From assembly GCA_020891255.1 (NCBI GenBank), contig BQFW01000012.1, forward strand, positions 2,294,001 to 2,358,000: 64,000 bases of DNA, given 5' to 3'. A program made the translations under genes and the position numbers. The notes beneath the pieces were generated by a model, which saw only the letters and a program-made list of their open reading frames with translations, was not told where the DNA came from and did no database searches. Source of the DNA: Entomortierella parvispora E1425. Its lineage: Eukaryota; Fungi; Mortierellomycota. This document shows, one piece after another, positions 38,482 through 50,395 of the stretch. The number at the start of each line of letters is the position of its first letter. Position 1 is the first letter of the stretch.

Positions 38482-40593
38482 ATGTCCTCATTACCTCGTC
38501 ATAATCGCACCACTCCTGAATCAGGTCCTCCGCCGCCAAAGATGGTAGACCCGCCACAGCATTCCCCCGTCCAACATCAACAACATCAAGGGGATCATTT
38601 CTCTCTCAGAACATGGATTCGCCAACAGCCCTGGAAACAGTACTTCAAAGACGGCTGTCGACTGATTGTAAAGTCACCGCTCAACTTTTTCATCTTCTTT
38701 TGCTGCCTGTCCGTGGTGGTTTGGGGTGCATTCCTGGTCTTGCTGCTGGGCAACATGGTCAAGCTGGGCACGGATGCCAAACAAAAGCTCTGGATTGAGA
38801 TCGCCTCCCAGGTCCTGAACGGGTTCTTCACCCTGGCCAACGTTCCTGTCCACCCAAAAAGATTCTTGGGCTTTGTCAGAGGTTGTGGTATCTGGAGGGA
38901 AGACAAGAACCTCAAGAAGCAGTTTCTGGATAAGTTCCTCACGCAGGAAGACCCATTCCAAGCTACCGCTGCTGCCGACAACAGGAGAAATAAGGATAAC
39001 AAGGAACTGGAGAAGGAACGGTCAAAGGAGTTGCTGGACCGATTAGCATTCTATCGATGCTTTCCTGACTATGGCAAGGAGCGCCTGGCAAACCCAACAG
39101 TGTTGGAGGAGCTAGAGACTTTTGAGATCCCCTCGGACGATAAGACAGGTGGTGAGGTCTCGAATCCATCTTCAACAGGCAGGAGGCCAAGGTCAGCGAG
39201 TCGCGCGGATGCGACCGTAGTTGTCTCTCGATCTAGGTCCAGGTCTAAATCTATTTCTCGACCAGGCGGCAGAGCAGAGGACGTGCGCAGGAGCCAGAGT
39301 CTTAATCGCAGCAACAGCTCCAACCCATTACACCCGACGGTCGTCATCGATATGGAGCCAACGGCGAATAGTCAGCTTCTCTCCCCTGGCACGAATGGGT
39401 CTAACAACAGCCCTTCGGCTGTTCAAGTCAATATCGCAGAGGATGACTTGAACGATCTCTTGGCAGAGGAGACCCACCGAGTTGTCCAATCCGTCGTCCT
39501 ACCCTTCCTGCCCTTCCCCTTGGAGATGCCCAACTTCTCCACAACTACCGACACTACAACCGAAACAGGAACAGGGTCAGCAGGAGGAAAACAGTACCTT
39601 CCACTGACACCCATTATCACCAAACGACCAACAGACTCTACTCGATCAAGTGGACCCTTTTCGGCTTCCTTGACGTCCCCTTCCAGATCCCGTCCTCCAT
39701 TGGAACTCACACGGGGCGCTTCCCAAGCCAACCTTTCAAGAATATCTTCCACAAAGCGATCTATGCCCAGGACTAGAGCCAGGACGATGACCATGTCCAT
39801 GGCAAGTTCGGGCGATGCATCTCAACGGTCGAGGTTTGTCATTCACGAGGATCAACCTTCACCAGTGTCTGCAGGATCAATGTCTGCATCCATGCGATCT
39901 CGTGCAGAGACCACCGCCTCGAGTGGCGGCCCTCGGGCCCATTTCGATCAGGATCCAGTATCGTACACGACGCCACCCTTGCCCCCGCCTTTTGAACCAG
40001 CAACAGGCAACACTGTCGAATCTCCATTTTTGTCCAAGGATGCCAACAAGCCCGATGAGAAGAAGGCTTTGATACCCATGCCCGCACCCTTGACCAAGGA
40101 GCAGATGGAATGGGTAGACAGTTGCGAAAGAAAGCTGCTCAAACGACAAGAAAAGGTCCAGCGTGGATGGCCTTGGTACAACTATACGATTCCTTCCGGC
40201 ATTGAACCTGTTGATTTCTTTGCGGACGAACATCAAGTCGCCACCAACAAGCCCACGGTCTCCAGTTACCAGTCCTCCTCTGTTATCATGCTCCAGTCTT
40301 CCCCTTCGGATCTGGTCATTGAACCCAGCAGGTACCTGGTGATTGTTGGATCTTTTAATCTGAATTCCATGATCCAAGAGATTCTGTGTGGGTTCATGTG
40401 GGGCATGAACTATCATGTTCGACCTGGCTGGGTCACTGGCGTGGGCATGGCTCTTGGTTGCATGGCTGCCATTGTACCCAGTGTGATGATCATGTTGCAT
40501 GAGCAGGCTATGAGCAAGATCAGAGTCGTTGCCACGGCAGAGGAAGCCATCCAAGATGCCTTGGATAGCAATGTCAAAGATACCAAATTGTAA
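38482..40593 (+). CDS. DUF2985-like multi-pass membrane protein with a very large disordered loop, 703 aa, intronless
   Basis: N-terminal TM pair FFIFFCCLSVVVWGAFLVLLL and WIEIASQVLNGFFTL. C-terminal TM pair QEILCGFMWGMNYHVRPGWVTGVGMALGCMAAIV. Family recognised from memory. Confidence 0.7.
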   Translation: MSSLPRHNRTTPESGPPPPKMVDPPQHSPVQHQQHQGDHFSLRTWIRQQPWKQYFKDGCRLIVKSPLNFFIFFCCLSVVVWGAFLVLLLGNMVKLGTDAKQKLWIEIASQVLNGFFTLANVPVHPKRFLGFVRGCGIWREDKNLKKQFLDKFLTQEDPFQATAAADNRRNKDNKELEKERSKELLDRLAFYRCFPDYGKERLANPTVLEELETFEIPSDDKTGGEVSNPSSTGRRPRSASRADATVVVSRSRSRSKSISRPGGRAEDVRRSQSLNRSNSSNPLHPTVVIDMEPTANSQLLSPGTNGSNNSPSAVQVNIAEDDLNDLLAEETHRVVQSVVLPFLPFPLEMPNFSTTTDTTTETGTGSAGGKQYLPLTPIITKRPTDSTRSSGPFSASLTSPSRSRPPLELTRGASQANLSRISSTKRSMPRTRARTMTMSMASSGDASQRSRFVIHEDQPSPVSAGSMSASMRSRAETTASSGGPRAHFDQDPVSYTTPPLPPPFEPATGNTVESPFLSKDANKPDEKKALIPMPAPLTKEQMEWVDSCERKLLKRQEKVQRGWPWYNYTIPSGIEPVDFFADEHQVATNKPTVSSYQSSSVIMLQSSPSDLVIEPSRYLVIVGSFNLNSMIQEILCGFMWGMNYHVRPGWVTGVGMALGCMAAIVPSVMIMLHEQAMSKIRVVATAEEAIQDALDSNVKDTKL

Positions 40594-40899
40594 TAAACGT
40601 TTTGACCTGCCCATTTTTCTCGTACTCCTCCTACCATGCTGTATTTTTTTTCCGTTGTCATAGTTACTTTCTGTACTTTGAAGTGATTGATACCTTCGTG
40701 TGGCCACTCTGTGCCCTTGTGCCCTGAGTTGAGAGTACATAGAAAGCAACTGTACAGTACCAGCGTCGCCTTCGTAAAGTTGCCGATACTTATGTGGGTA
40801 CATGCGACGTCTTTATTAGCTTTGGTATCTTCCTGTGCGGGGGTGTTTTTTTTAGAATCAAGGAAGCAGACGGGGCATTGAGGATGGGGGATAGGGTAT

Positions 40900-43800
40900 C
40901 TATGCAGATGCAAGGCCGTAGGTATCTTGACGGATACCCACCTCATCCAGATCCGCATGTTGCTCCGGCGTGAGTGCCATCATTCGACGAGGTTGGTTGC
41001 CGTTGGCATGAGCCCCATTGCTGTTGAGGTTGGGTTGATTGCTAGAGTTATTGGTATAAGTGTCGTAAGGAGAGCTGAGGTCGTGGGTGTCGTCATAATG
41101 GTCATTAGTGTTGCTGTTTTTCATCATCTCCTTGATCGCACCTGCAAGCGGTAGCAGGTTGGAAGAGGGACGCGTCTTTTGTGCTAGGTTTTGAGACGAT
41201 TCCAGTCCAGAGTCTTCGTCGTCGTCATGTTCCGCCTCATTTTTCGCCTCTTGCCCTCCTTGCTGCTCTTCCTGCTCCTCCTCTTCCTCGGGTTCTAGGT
41301 GCCGCTTGGATTCAACATCCGCGCTCCCTTCATGCTCGTCGCGAGTTGAAAGTATTTGACCCACGGTAGGATGACGATTGCTCGAGGAGAACGAGGTGGT
41401 CGAATGCCGTGCCACAGAGAGGGGCGGTGGGGGTGTCAAAGAGGCCTGGACGAATCCGGCGAACGGGGTATGAACACTGTTCGAGTTCCGTTGTTGTTCC
41501 TCGTGCGTGATGTAAATCTCTTCGTACTGAGGATACGTGGTAATAAACTGTCCGACCCGTCCTCCTTCTTCTTCTGAAGGCCGAGACCCCGACGACTGGT
41601 GCTGAAGTTGCGCCAACTGCAGGGCGGGATCTACCATACTTTCTCGCTGCTCCCGGCGGCGCTGCTGGGTCTCTTCCTGCTGATCGCGACCATAATGCGA
41701 AAGTGAGGTCGCGGCTCTGGGTGGTATATCCTCTCTCTGAACAATGATCGCTCCTGAGCTCAGAATGCCGTGTCCACTTCCAGGATACCTCTTCTTGTGA
41801 GTGTCCTCCCCCCTCATTTTTGGCGGCTGCAGTGGCTCCTGGTCTTCGAAGCGTCGGAGGCCTGCTTTACCAGAGGGGGCGGCTGATGATTTCTTGAACA
41901 GATCTTGGAACAGCGCCTTGACTTTGCTCCTCCGCTTGGTCGGACCCTGGATCACAGAGTCATCTCGGAAAGTCTCTCCGTCATTATAGTTCAACGAGTG
42001 AAAGGGAGTAAGCTCCGTAGGGTGACCAGCAGCGACTGTGGAAGAGTTGCCGACGCGAGTTGTGCCTGGCGCGCTTTCGTGCCGTGGGTGATGAGGATGG
42101 ACCTGCTGTCCACTTTCCTGTTGCTGTTGTTTTCGTCCCAAGAACGAAAACCTAGAGAGGATCCCACCCGATTTCTTTTCCTTTTCCCTCGCAGGTTGGG
42201 TCTGGGTCGTCCTCGTCAACGCTAAACCCAGTTGAGAGCCAACCTGATGTGGGTCTGCCGTCGAAGAGTCTTCAGTTCGTCTCCGGTACTGTACTGGCCG
42301 AGCTCCTCCTCCCAACGTCGCCGTCGTGGTGGACGATTGCTGTGGATGATTTCTGAACGCAGGTCGGTGCTGTCTCTCTTCCCGTGATTGCACTCTGGTG
42401 AGGCTATATCCAATGTTTTCTTCGAAGGACGAGAACTTAGGTTCCAGGGTATGGTACGGCAACGTTGGACTGTCTGGATCGCCCTCACCCTCGCCTTCTG
42501 GCTCTCCTGAATAAAACGAATCACGGTAGACCAGTGGTGTGGACCTTGGAAGGGCCCGAGGAAGGGCCAAACTTGGATCAAAGGCTGCATCCGGAATGGT
42601 CGAGGATCGCTTGTGTCGTCGAGCAGAGGTATTGATCACAACATGCTGTTGATGTTTTGGTTGGTCCGTTTGTTGACCCTGACGTTGTTGCTGTTGTTGT
42701 TGTTGTGAGTGCGTCGATGCTAAAGCGACATTGAAAGGTGATACAACGCTACCGTCCACAACAACATGAGGGGAGACCATTTGTGGAGCGGAAGAAGATA
42801 TTGGCTCATGCTCATGTTCGTGTTCAGCCTCATTTTCATCTGTTTCCTCCTCGTCGAGTGCGCTTTCGTCTTTGCCCACGATCTCATCTGCTTCGGGTTC
42901 TTGTTGATTACCATGTGCCTGCGGCTTGTTAGATTGCTGTCCTTGCTGCTGCAGTTTTTGTTGCTGTTCCAGTCGCTCCAGTTGTTGTTGCTGTTGCTTT
43001 TGCTGTGGGAAGTTCAGAAAGAATCGGGAGATTGATTGTGGACAGAAAAAGGGGAGAGGAAAAAAAAAGAGAGTCAGAGAGAGTTGTGTAACAACATGAG
43101 GTTCCATTCAAGGGAAGTCCACATGAACAAACAGATTGCCATTCATCATATCGAACCCTCTGCCTCCGTTGCGCGATCCCCGAGTCAAAAGACGAAAAAC
43201 CCTTTCTTGATCTCACTCAAGGTTGGCGCAAACACACCTCTCTTCCCGCAACACAACACGCGCGCACAATCCTCTCATCTTCCATTGTGACCTTTCTCCC
43301 AAACCCCTTTCCTTCCACGGCCAACAAACGAAAGACAGACTTAAAAAAAAAGCAAAATAGAGGACTTGCCTTTGCACTCACAGTTTTCGCCAGTCGGTTC
43401 TGCTCCGTCATGGTCCGGTAAAGCTCCTCTTCGACCTCGATCAGCTCCCGTTGGAGGTCTACATAGACAAGAATATGCTTCAACTTTGCTTCACGCGAGG
43501 GAGGGCTCTATCTCATTTTACATACAGGGTAATATTCGTTAGCACATGCTGGTTGTAAAAAAAAACTTGTAAAAGGAATGATGATGTGATCAAAATAGGA
43601 TTTGAGAAAAGAGCAATAAGGGACCAAGGGTCCACCAGTGGTATCTTTCATGGCTCCCTCTCTCTCTCTCTCCACACGAAGACACACACACGACGGCGAG
43701 AGAAGAAATAGGATGCATGGTGGTGTCGGAGGAAAAAGAGAGGGCAGTTGTAAATGGGAGGCACATGTAGTCTCATCGATAGTAGGACCATGTATTGCAT

Positions 43801-44235
43801 TGTATTGAGCCAAAAAAAATGAGAGCAAGAAAGAACTCGTCTCTTTCCCTTCTCCCTCCCCAAGAAAGAGACGGGATGTGAATACCCGATCAAGCTTGCA
43901 GCAAAAGAAGAAGGAAGGAAAAATAAAACAATTGGCAATTTTGAACGGAATGGGGGCTTTCTTCTTCACCGAGCAAGTGAAAAGGCTCACCACGTCCAGG
44001 GGAGGATAGAAACTTGCCCTGGACTAAAAATCTCTGCTAGCGTGTGATTTCTCATGGGATTCTCCGGCCGATTGGTCAAGAGGAAGGGGAATGAGAGATG
44101 TAGACGACAGCAATAGATCCTCACCTGAAGGGTATGTTTGCTGAGGTTGGCCTCCGAGAGTGGCATCACCGAGCTGTAATGAAAGTGCTTGGACATCTTT
44201 GCTGAGAAATCCGAGACCGCGGTAACTGGACGCAT
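40900..44235 (-). CDS. Hypothetical ~790-aa Gln/Glu/Ser-rich protein; exons 44235-44125, 44023-43991, 43507-43382, 43002-40900
   Basis: A 2.1-kb terminal exon is preceded by a polypyrimidine acceptor. Three upstream phase-0 exons join in frame (MRPVTAVSDF...KHTLQ|SRASFYPPLDV|SPPSREAKLKHILVYVDLQRELIEVEEELY...AKT|QKQQQ). The upstream exons are less certain than the last. Confidence 0.7.
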
Positions 44236-46055
44236 TTTTTTGGTTCTCCTGTTGGACGAGGACGTTTGTGGTTGTTTCGCGTTTGAATGCACGAGGACGA
44301 ATCAGTTGAATTGCACAGACGAATGCAATGAGCACAAGAATGTCAAGAGGGATGGATGAAAGGGTGAGAAAGTCAAGACAGGGTCGCGAAACGGATAAAT
44401 AAAAAGAGAGAGGAGGGGGGCAGAGACCGCTTCGGAAGGATTCTGGTTTGGAGTGAGGATGCCAAATATTGGGAAGATTGGGCGGATCAAAGGGGGAGGG
44501 ATATTTGATTGCAGAGTCGCGTTTGGGTGTGGAGGATCGTTCAGGCTGTTGACGACAACAGTCAGTTGGGTCGGTGTCAGGGGGAGACAAGAAAGAGATG
44601 GCAGAGGGAAAGAGGGGCAAGGGTCGAGCCTAGCTGAGTGTTTCTTTACTGCCTCCCTTGGTGTGGTGATGTGCTGGAGAGAGTGAGAGAGTGAAAGAGG
44701 AGGGGGTGGAGGATTGCAAAAGTGAAGAGAAGAAAGAGAAAGCTGGCTCAAGAAAGACAACTTGTCGGTGGTGGTTGTGGGCAAGTGTGGTGGCAGCGAA
44801 TGCAGCCTTGCCGTTGCTCACTTTCTTTTCGCTGCAGGACAAACAAGCCAACAGCGTCCATGCCAAACCACCCCCCCCCCCAACCGCCTCTTTTCATGCG
44901 AACACAAACGCTGCAACAAAAACAAACAAACACGCTTCGACTCCATCCCCTGACTCTCTTCCTGGTGGACATCTCAGCATCGGCCACCTCTTGTTCTGTG
45001 CTCATTGTTCCTCTTTGGACCAAACTCGGCATTCGAGCAGGTCAAGGTACTCTTCCCTACATACTCACATCCCCGCACACACATTTCTGCCCTTTCTTCG
45101 CAACATGGTTGGCCCAAAAGATGGCCGGTGCAACACTACACATGGTTTCCCTTAGCTGACCTCAACCACTCTTCGTCAGTTTTGACTAGAAAAAAGGGAT
45201 TGATTCAATTATTGGCAAAGACGATGCGGAATTAATCCTTTTTCATCCCCTTTTCGCCCCCTCTCCTTGGACCTTGATCCTTCTTCTCCCCCTTTGTGTT
45301 GGAACGTGGCCTAGGATGGGTACGATGGGTATCTGCGACACTGCATGATCACTTAAAAAGCTGTGTTCGCACTGGGTTCGAAAGTGAAAGAACTGGGACA
45401 AAGTCGTGGGTCGGTGCGGTGCACTGTCTCAAGTAACAACATCAGTGCGCTGCAAGAGGCCACCCGGGAACGTTTCAGCTTTGGTGAGATAGTGTAAGCA
45501 CGATTTCTAGCCGCCGGATACAGACCAACGCGACATATTTGACAATCGATGGAGACAGCACTTGGTGGCAACAAAAGCATCCGCCCGCCTCAGAACGTGC
45601 GCTCAGGCAGCAAGAGAAGGCATCAGGACCGTGCCCGCGGTCAAGGTGCGTCGCTTGAGGGGCAGAGTCTCACAGGGGTCTGGGTCACCTGGCAGGGGGC
45701 CCGGTCGAGAGGTGGAGAGGTGGAGATGGTGCAAGGGGACGGCCCATCCAGCCAGCCCCACAAGGGCTTCTTGGAGGGAGATGATCTCGTAAACTCAATC
45801 TCGGACAAAAAAAAAGAGACGCTCACGACGGTGTGCCCTTCTTTCGACCTGAACGGGGTTCCTTTTTTTTTTTTTTTTCTTCTTTCCTTCAATATTTGAA
45901 CGACATTCACTCCTCCTCGGGTCTGGTCCTCATTGCCCAAAAGCACATCACCCTTCTCATTGCCTCTTTCCTGACTCTTCTCTCTCATCTCATCTCTACT
46001 ACTCTCACTTTCACTCCTTCCTCCCAACACCCACACCCATATCCCTGATCCATAA

Positions 46056-47579
46056 ATGACCCGTAAATCCAGAGCGTCGCCACCACGGGAACAAGTCTCG
46101 ACCTCGCCTACGCCACCAGGGTCGTCCTCATCTTCTCGTCTCCATTCAGAAGGCCCGGCCGGAGGAATGCAACAGCATCACTTTGACCATATGGCGGGAG
46201 CTTATCAGAGTGTTATTGTCGTCGACCCTGTAACTCTCCTTCTCTGCCTTCGCTTCTACTTGCAGCTGTTCGTCTGGTCAATTGGCAGGGGTTTTTTTTG
46301 GTACTGACCATTTTCATTTCCTGATGATTAGAGTATGATGCCGCAAGGCTATGTTCTCGGACAAGTCGCTGCCAGACCCGAAGAAGTTGAGGAACCTCTT
46401 TATGTCAATGCTAAACAGGTATCATCATCGCTTTTTTTTTTTTATTTTTTTTTATTACTTTTCTCTCTCTTTCCTACCTTCCTTTTGTTTGTTAACCCAT
46501 TGAACTGCGCTTGAACGTGTTGCATTGGCTCTGTTTTGTTCAATCTGGGGTTTCTTGGTTTGTCCTTCCCGTGGGAATGTTGGATGGACTTTGCTAAGAA
46601 AAGAAAAAAGAGACCAGGGCCTCGTCCCTCACGGATGCTCGGCGTATTTCTTTTGAAATTGCGACGCGACGTTGATTCAGAGTGATGATTGGCCATGTTG
46701 TCCAGCCTATCATTGCATCCACTCTTTGTTTTATTTGACAGCATTCGTCCACAACGGTCGTTGTCCTTGTCGAACAGGGATAGGCGGAATTGCTCTGTCC
46801 CTTCTCACGCTTGCAAACAACACCGAGCAAACACATCTTGTCCTCCTTGCCTCCCCACCCCAGCCAACTGACCCCCGATCAACCCTGTAATCTTTTTTTT
46901 CCACCTCTGTTTTAGTACCATCGCATCTTAAAACGGAGAGCCGCACGAGCGAGCCTGGAGGCGGAGAACAGACTGCTCCAACGTGGACGGAAGGTAAGAA
47001 CAACAACAGGGGGAGTAAAAAATAGGGAGGGGAACCATGAACAAACAATCCCAAGACGGTGCAGGGTGTCACTCAGAGTTCCAAAAGAAATGAAGCGAAG
47101 GCAACCAACCCAAAAATCTCTTTTTTTGTTCGCAGTACCTCCATGAGTCGCGCCACAAACATGCAATGAGACGACCACGTGGACCGGGCGGACGATTTTT
47201 GACGGCAGCGGAGATTGCGGCTCTGGACGAAGGGGAAGAAATGATGGCCAGGACCACGACGAGCACTGCTTCATCCTCACCACCGACCGCTTCGAGCCCA
47301 TCGACGGACCGAAAGGGGGTTGATCAACGCCCACCGCAACAACAACAACAGCTGCAGCATCAAACCTATAGCAATGGAGTCACGGACCAGAGGAATCATC
47401 AACGCGTCTCCTCTTCACAAGAGGAGAACCTTCTTCAACAAAAGCAGCAGTTTCTCGCCTCACATCAGCAACAGCAACAACAGCAGCAACAACATTCATT
47501 ATCACAACATCATTTTCAACAGCAACAACAACATCAACATCAACATCAACAACACTTCCAACATCAATACCAACATTAG
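46056..47579 (+). CDS. HAP2: CCAAT-binding factor subunit HAP2/NF-YA with a poly-Gln/His tail; 4 exons
   Basis: EEPLYVNAKQ|YHRILKRRAARASLE...GRK|YLHESRHKHAMRRPRGPGGRFLT is the CBF-B/NF-YA domain. Introns are GT-AG. Confidence 0.95.
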
Positions 47580-47701
47580 TTGAATTGAATAAAGTCTAGG
47601 TGGAGACTGCACGTGCCACATGGAGCACATGACCCAACGTCAAAAAGAGGATCGCAAAAAAAAAAAAAAAAACTTCTCTCTCAACACCAACAACGACTAC
47701 G

Positions 47702-48343
47702 ATGACTGAGCTACTAGAACCCGCCTATTTCCCGCAATACATGCAGCTGCCCGCCGACAGCCATACTATTAATGTTCGTCGTATGGCGAGCACTGGCTTT
47801 TTTGCGCAAGCGTCATCCTATTCGGACGACTCCAAGCTTCCATCAGGGCCGAAGGGCCCACTCTGCTTCATGGGCGAAATCACGAACACCCAATATGTGA
47901 GCAGGGCCGACTTTCAACACGAAGTGCAAGTTCATGATCGATCCGGCGGCCTTTCTTTCATTCGTTTTAATTTCGAGCCGGACGACACGTACAGCGCAGA
48001 GCTGGTTAGGTCTTTAAAGTTGGGGTCGACCATCTTTATTCGGGGGGCTCATCAGCATTGGGACCTGGACGGCACCCTCACCGTAGTAGTGGAGTATTCA
48101 GGCTGGGTTCTGGTCGTGCCCTGTGGGAAGGATAGAATCTTGGAGGCTTCAAAGGCGACGGCACAGCCTAAACACTGTAATGGATGCAACAAAGAGTGTG
48201 CTCGACGATGTGGAAAGTGCAAACAGGCGTTTTATTGCTCGGATGCTTGCCAAGCGACCGACTGGAAGAAGCACAAGAAACACTGCCCGACCTTGGAACT
48301 TATCGCCCCTGTATTGACGAAGCGGTTTGGTTGCTTTCGTTGA
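47702..48343 (+). CDS. Intronless 213-aa zf-MYND protein with an uncharacterised beta-rich N-terminal domain
   Basis: C-terminal CNGC-x6-CGKC-x4-YCSDACQATDWKKHKKHC is a MYND finger. The N-terminal CFMGEI...VHDRSG...LGSTIFIRGAHQH resembles a fungal MYND family I recall. Confidence 0.85.
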   Translation: MTELLEPAYFPQYMQLPADSHTINVRRMASTGFFAQASSYSDDSKLPSGPKGPLCFMGEITNTQYVSRADFQHEVQVHDRSGGLSFIRFNFEPDDTYSAELVRSLKLGSTIFIRGAHQHWDLDGTLTVVVEYSGWVLVVPCGKDRILEASKATAQPKHCNGCNKECARRCGKCKQAFYCSDACQATDWKKHKKHCPTLELIAPVLTKRFGCFR

Positions 48344-48852
48344 ATGAAAAAAAAAGTCCGGGCGTTGTTCCACGTTCGTTGTATTCCTTTTTCATTCATT
48401 CAATCTGGTGGATCTGGATGATTGTCATGAAACGTGAGTCTAGCAGAGTAATCGGTAATAAATAGATTGGAATGGAACTTCCCTCTCCTCACAGAGCCCT
48501 TTTTCACTTTCCAGCGTTCAAGTATTTGACCATGGCGATATCACTGGTTCTTGGTGGCCAGAATTGTTTGGAATCGACGCTTGGCTTTCCTCCTGGGAAC
48601 ATCTTCGCATGGCATGCAATCGAAAGGACGTTCTATATCTGATTCTAGTTAGGACCCTGCGGCACCATAGATCTGACTGGCTTGAAAAAAGGCTCTCCAG
48701 ACTTTGCGAGATACGCGACGCAAGTGCTCTTCCAGAAGACTACGGTGCAAGTGTCGCGTATGGCCTCGACAGCCCCATGATGTCTTTATCCCATTCCGAC
48801 AGCAAGGTGCATCCTTCGGAGCCTTTAGCTGATTTCTCTCTCTGTGTTGCGA

Positions 48853-49824
48853 CTACACTTTTTCAGTCGTCTCCCTAGAATATGGAGAGTTCCTCTCGTC
48901 TGTCCTCTGCCTCCAGTTGGCCTCCTCCACGGATTCATTGCCATCACCGCCGCCGCCATCCCCTCCTTGACTCGTCACGTTCCCAACAATCTCTGGATTC
49001 ACCCTAGCAGCCCGATTCTCCAGCCACTGATTTCTATACTTGTGTATCGCCCAAAGGATCGCAAAGATCACAAACATGGCGGCAGCGATCGCAAGATAGT
49101 AGACTGCACAGATCGGACCCAAACTCCAATCCAAAAAAGGGTAGACCCAATGACCTTCAGTCTTGTGAATCAAAAAAGTCAGGAGCATGTAGATGACCAT
49201 GACCAGCGCCACCACTACGGAATGGATCGGTTGAAGAAAGTGGCGATTGAAAAGTAGTTCAAAAAGGGCGAAAATTCCATCCATGGCATGGACAGAGACA
49301 TTCTGCCAGGTGCCCAAGGTCGAGAGGTCTGAGGATCCAACGTTGAGACCGGCCCAATAGACCACCGGGACAATGATATGAAAGGTGATGACGGTCGAGT
49401 AAAGGAGCCAATGCAACCAGCCCCACCAAGGAGAACCTTGACGCAGCCATGCTTCACGTTGGGCAGGAGGCCGTCGCAGATATCCGATCGACCAGATCGT
49501 GGAGCACTATTTCAAAATTCAAAAAAAAAAAAAAAACCATCGTAAACTTGATCTTTTACTCGTCTCTTTCTCGGCGAGCTGCGGCGTTTTCACACTTACG
49601 ACAAGATAGATGACAAGACCCATGTAGGACAGGTTTGTAAAGTACTTCAAATACACTACAGCCGATGGTGCTGTGATCCACTTTGAGAGGACGACTACCA
49701 GGGTATACAGGCAGACCACACCTCGAAGGATTGCCAGCGTCCACGGTCGGACGAGATTTGAGGTGACGATTCGATCGGGCTCAAACCGATTCAGCTTGAG
49801 AGCTCGGGCGATCGACTGCAACAT
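48853..49824 (-). CDS. Rolling-stone/FAR-17a-AIG1-like multi-pass membrane protein; exons 49824-49600 and 49506-48853
   Basis: About six hydrophobic segments with YLKYFTNLSY, WLLYST...IVPVVYW, QNVSVHAMD, FELLFN and WVYPFLDW. One phase-0 GT-AG intron. Confidence 0.8.
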
Positions 49825-50395
49825 TTTTTTTTCTTCTTTTTCTTCACCGAATGAAAACAATGGGTATATAAATGGGAGGGCGAATGTATGAATGAGAAAA
49901 AGTGTTGAATGAATTGGAATGGTTGAAATGAACTAACGACGGACCCCTCTATCCTGCAGGTTACAATTGATGACGAGGTGTCAATGGAAGAGGGACGTGT
50001 GCCCTATTCTTTTTTCTTTCCTCTTCTCTCTTAAAGTCTTGACATCGTGAGACAAAAAGACGCGGGATCGCGTTATGTTGAACAGTCAGAGTCAGGAAAG
50101 ACAATTGCTCCCGAACTGTGTCTGACTTGCATTTTTTCAGAAAGTTGCTTCCTTGCTTCTTTGATGATCCACTTGAGAGACATCTCGGACTCTGCAACGA
50201 CAAAAAAAAAGGGGAGAGACTATTTGGTGGCGTAAGAGTCGGTGTTTTGTTTGCCATGTGCCAGCCAACAAACAGGAAACATTCGTGATCGACAGTGAGG
50301 TGGGCCGAAAATACAAGAGAGAACAGGGTATTATTTTATGTTGCAAAGTGAAAGAGAAACTCTCATGGAAAAAAAAAAAGGCAAAAAAAACACAC

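Noticed and set aside
46682-46870. GTGATGA...CTGA in a HAP2 intron
   Set aside because: The span is too long, the CTGA is the intron branch site, and no guide was recognised.
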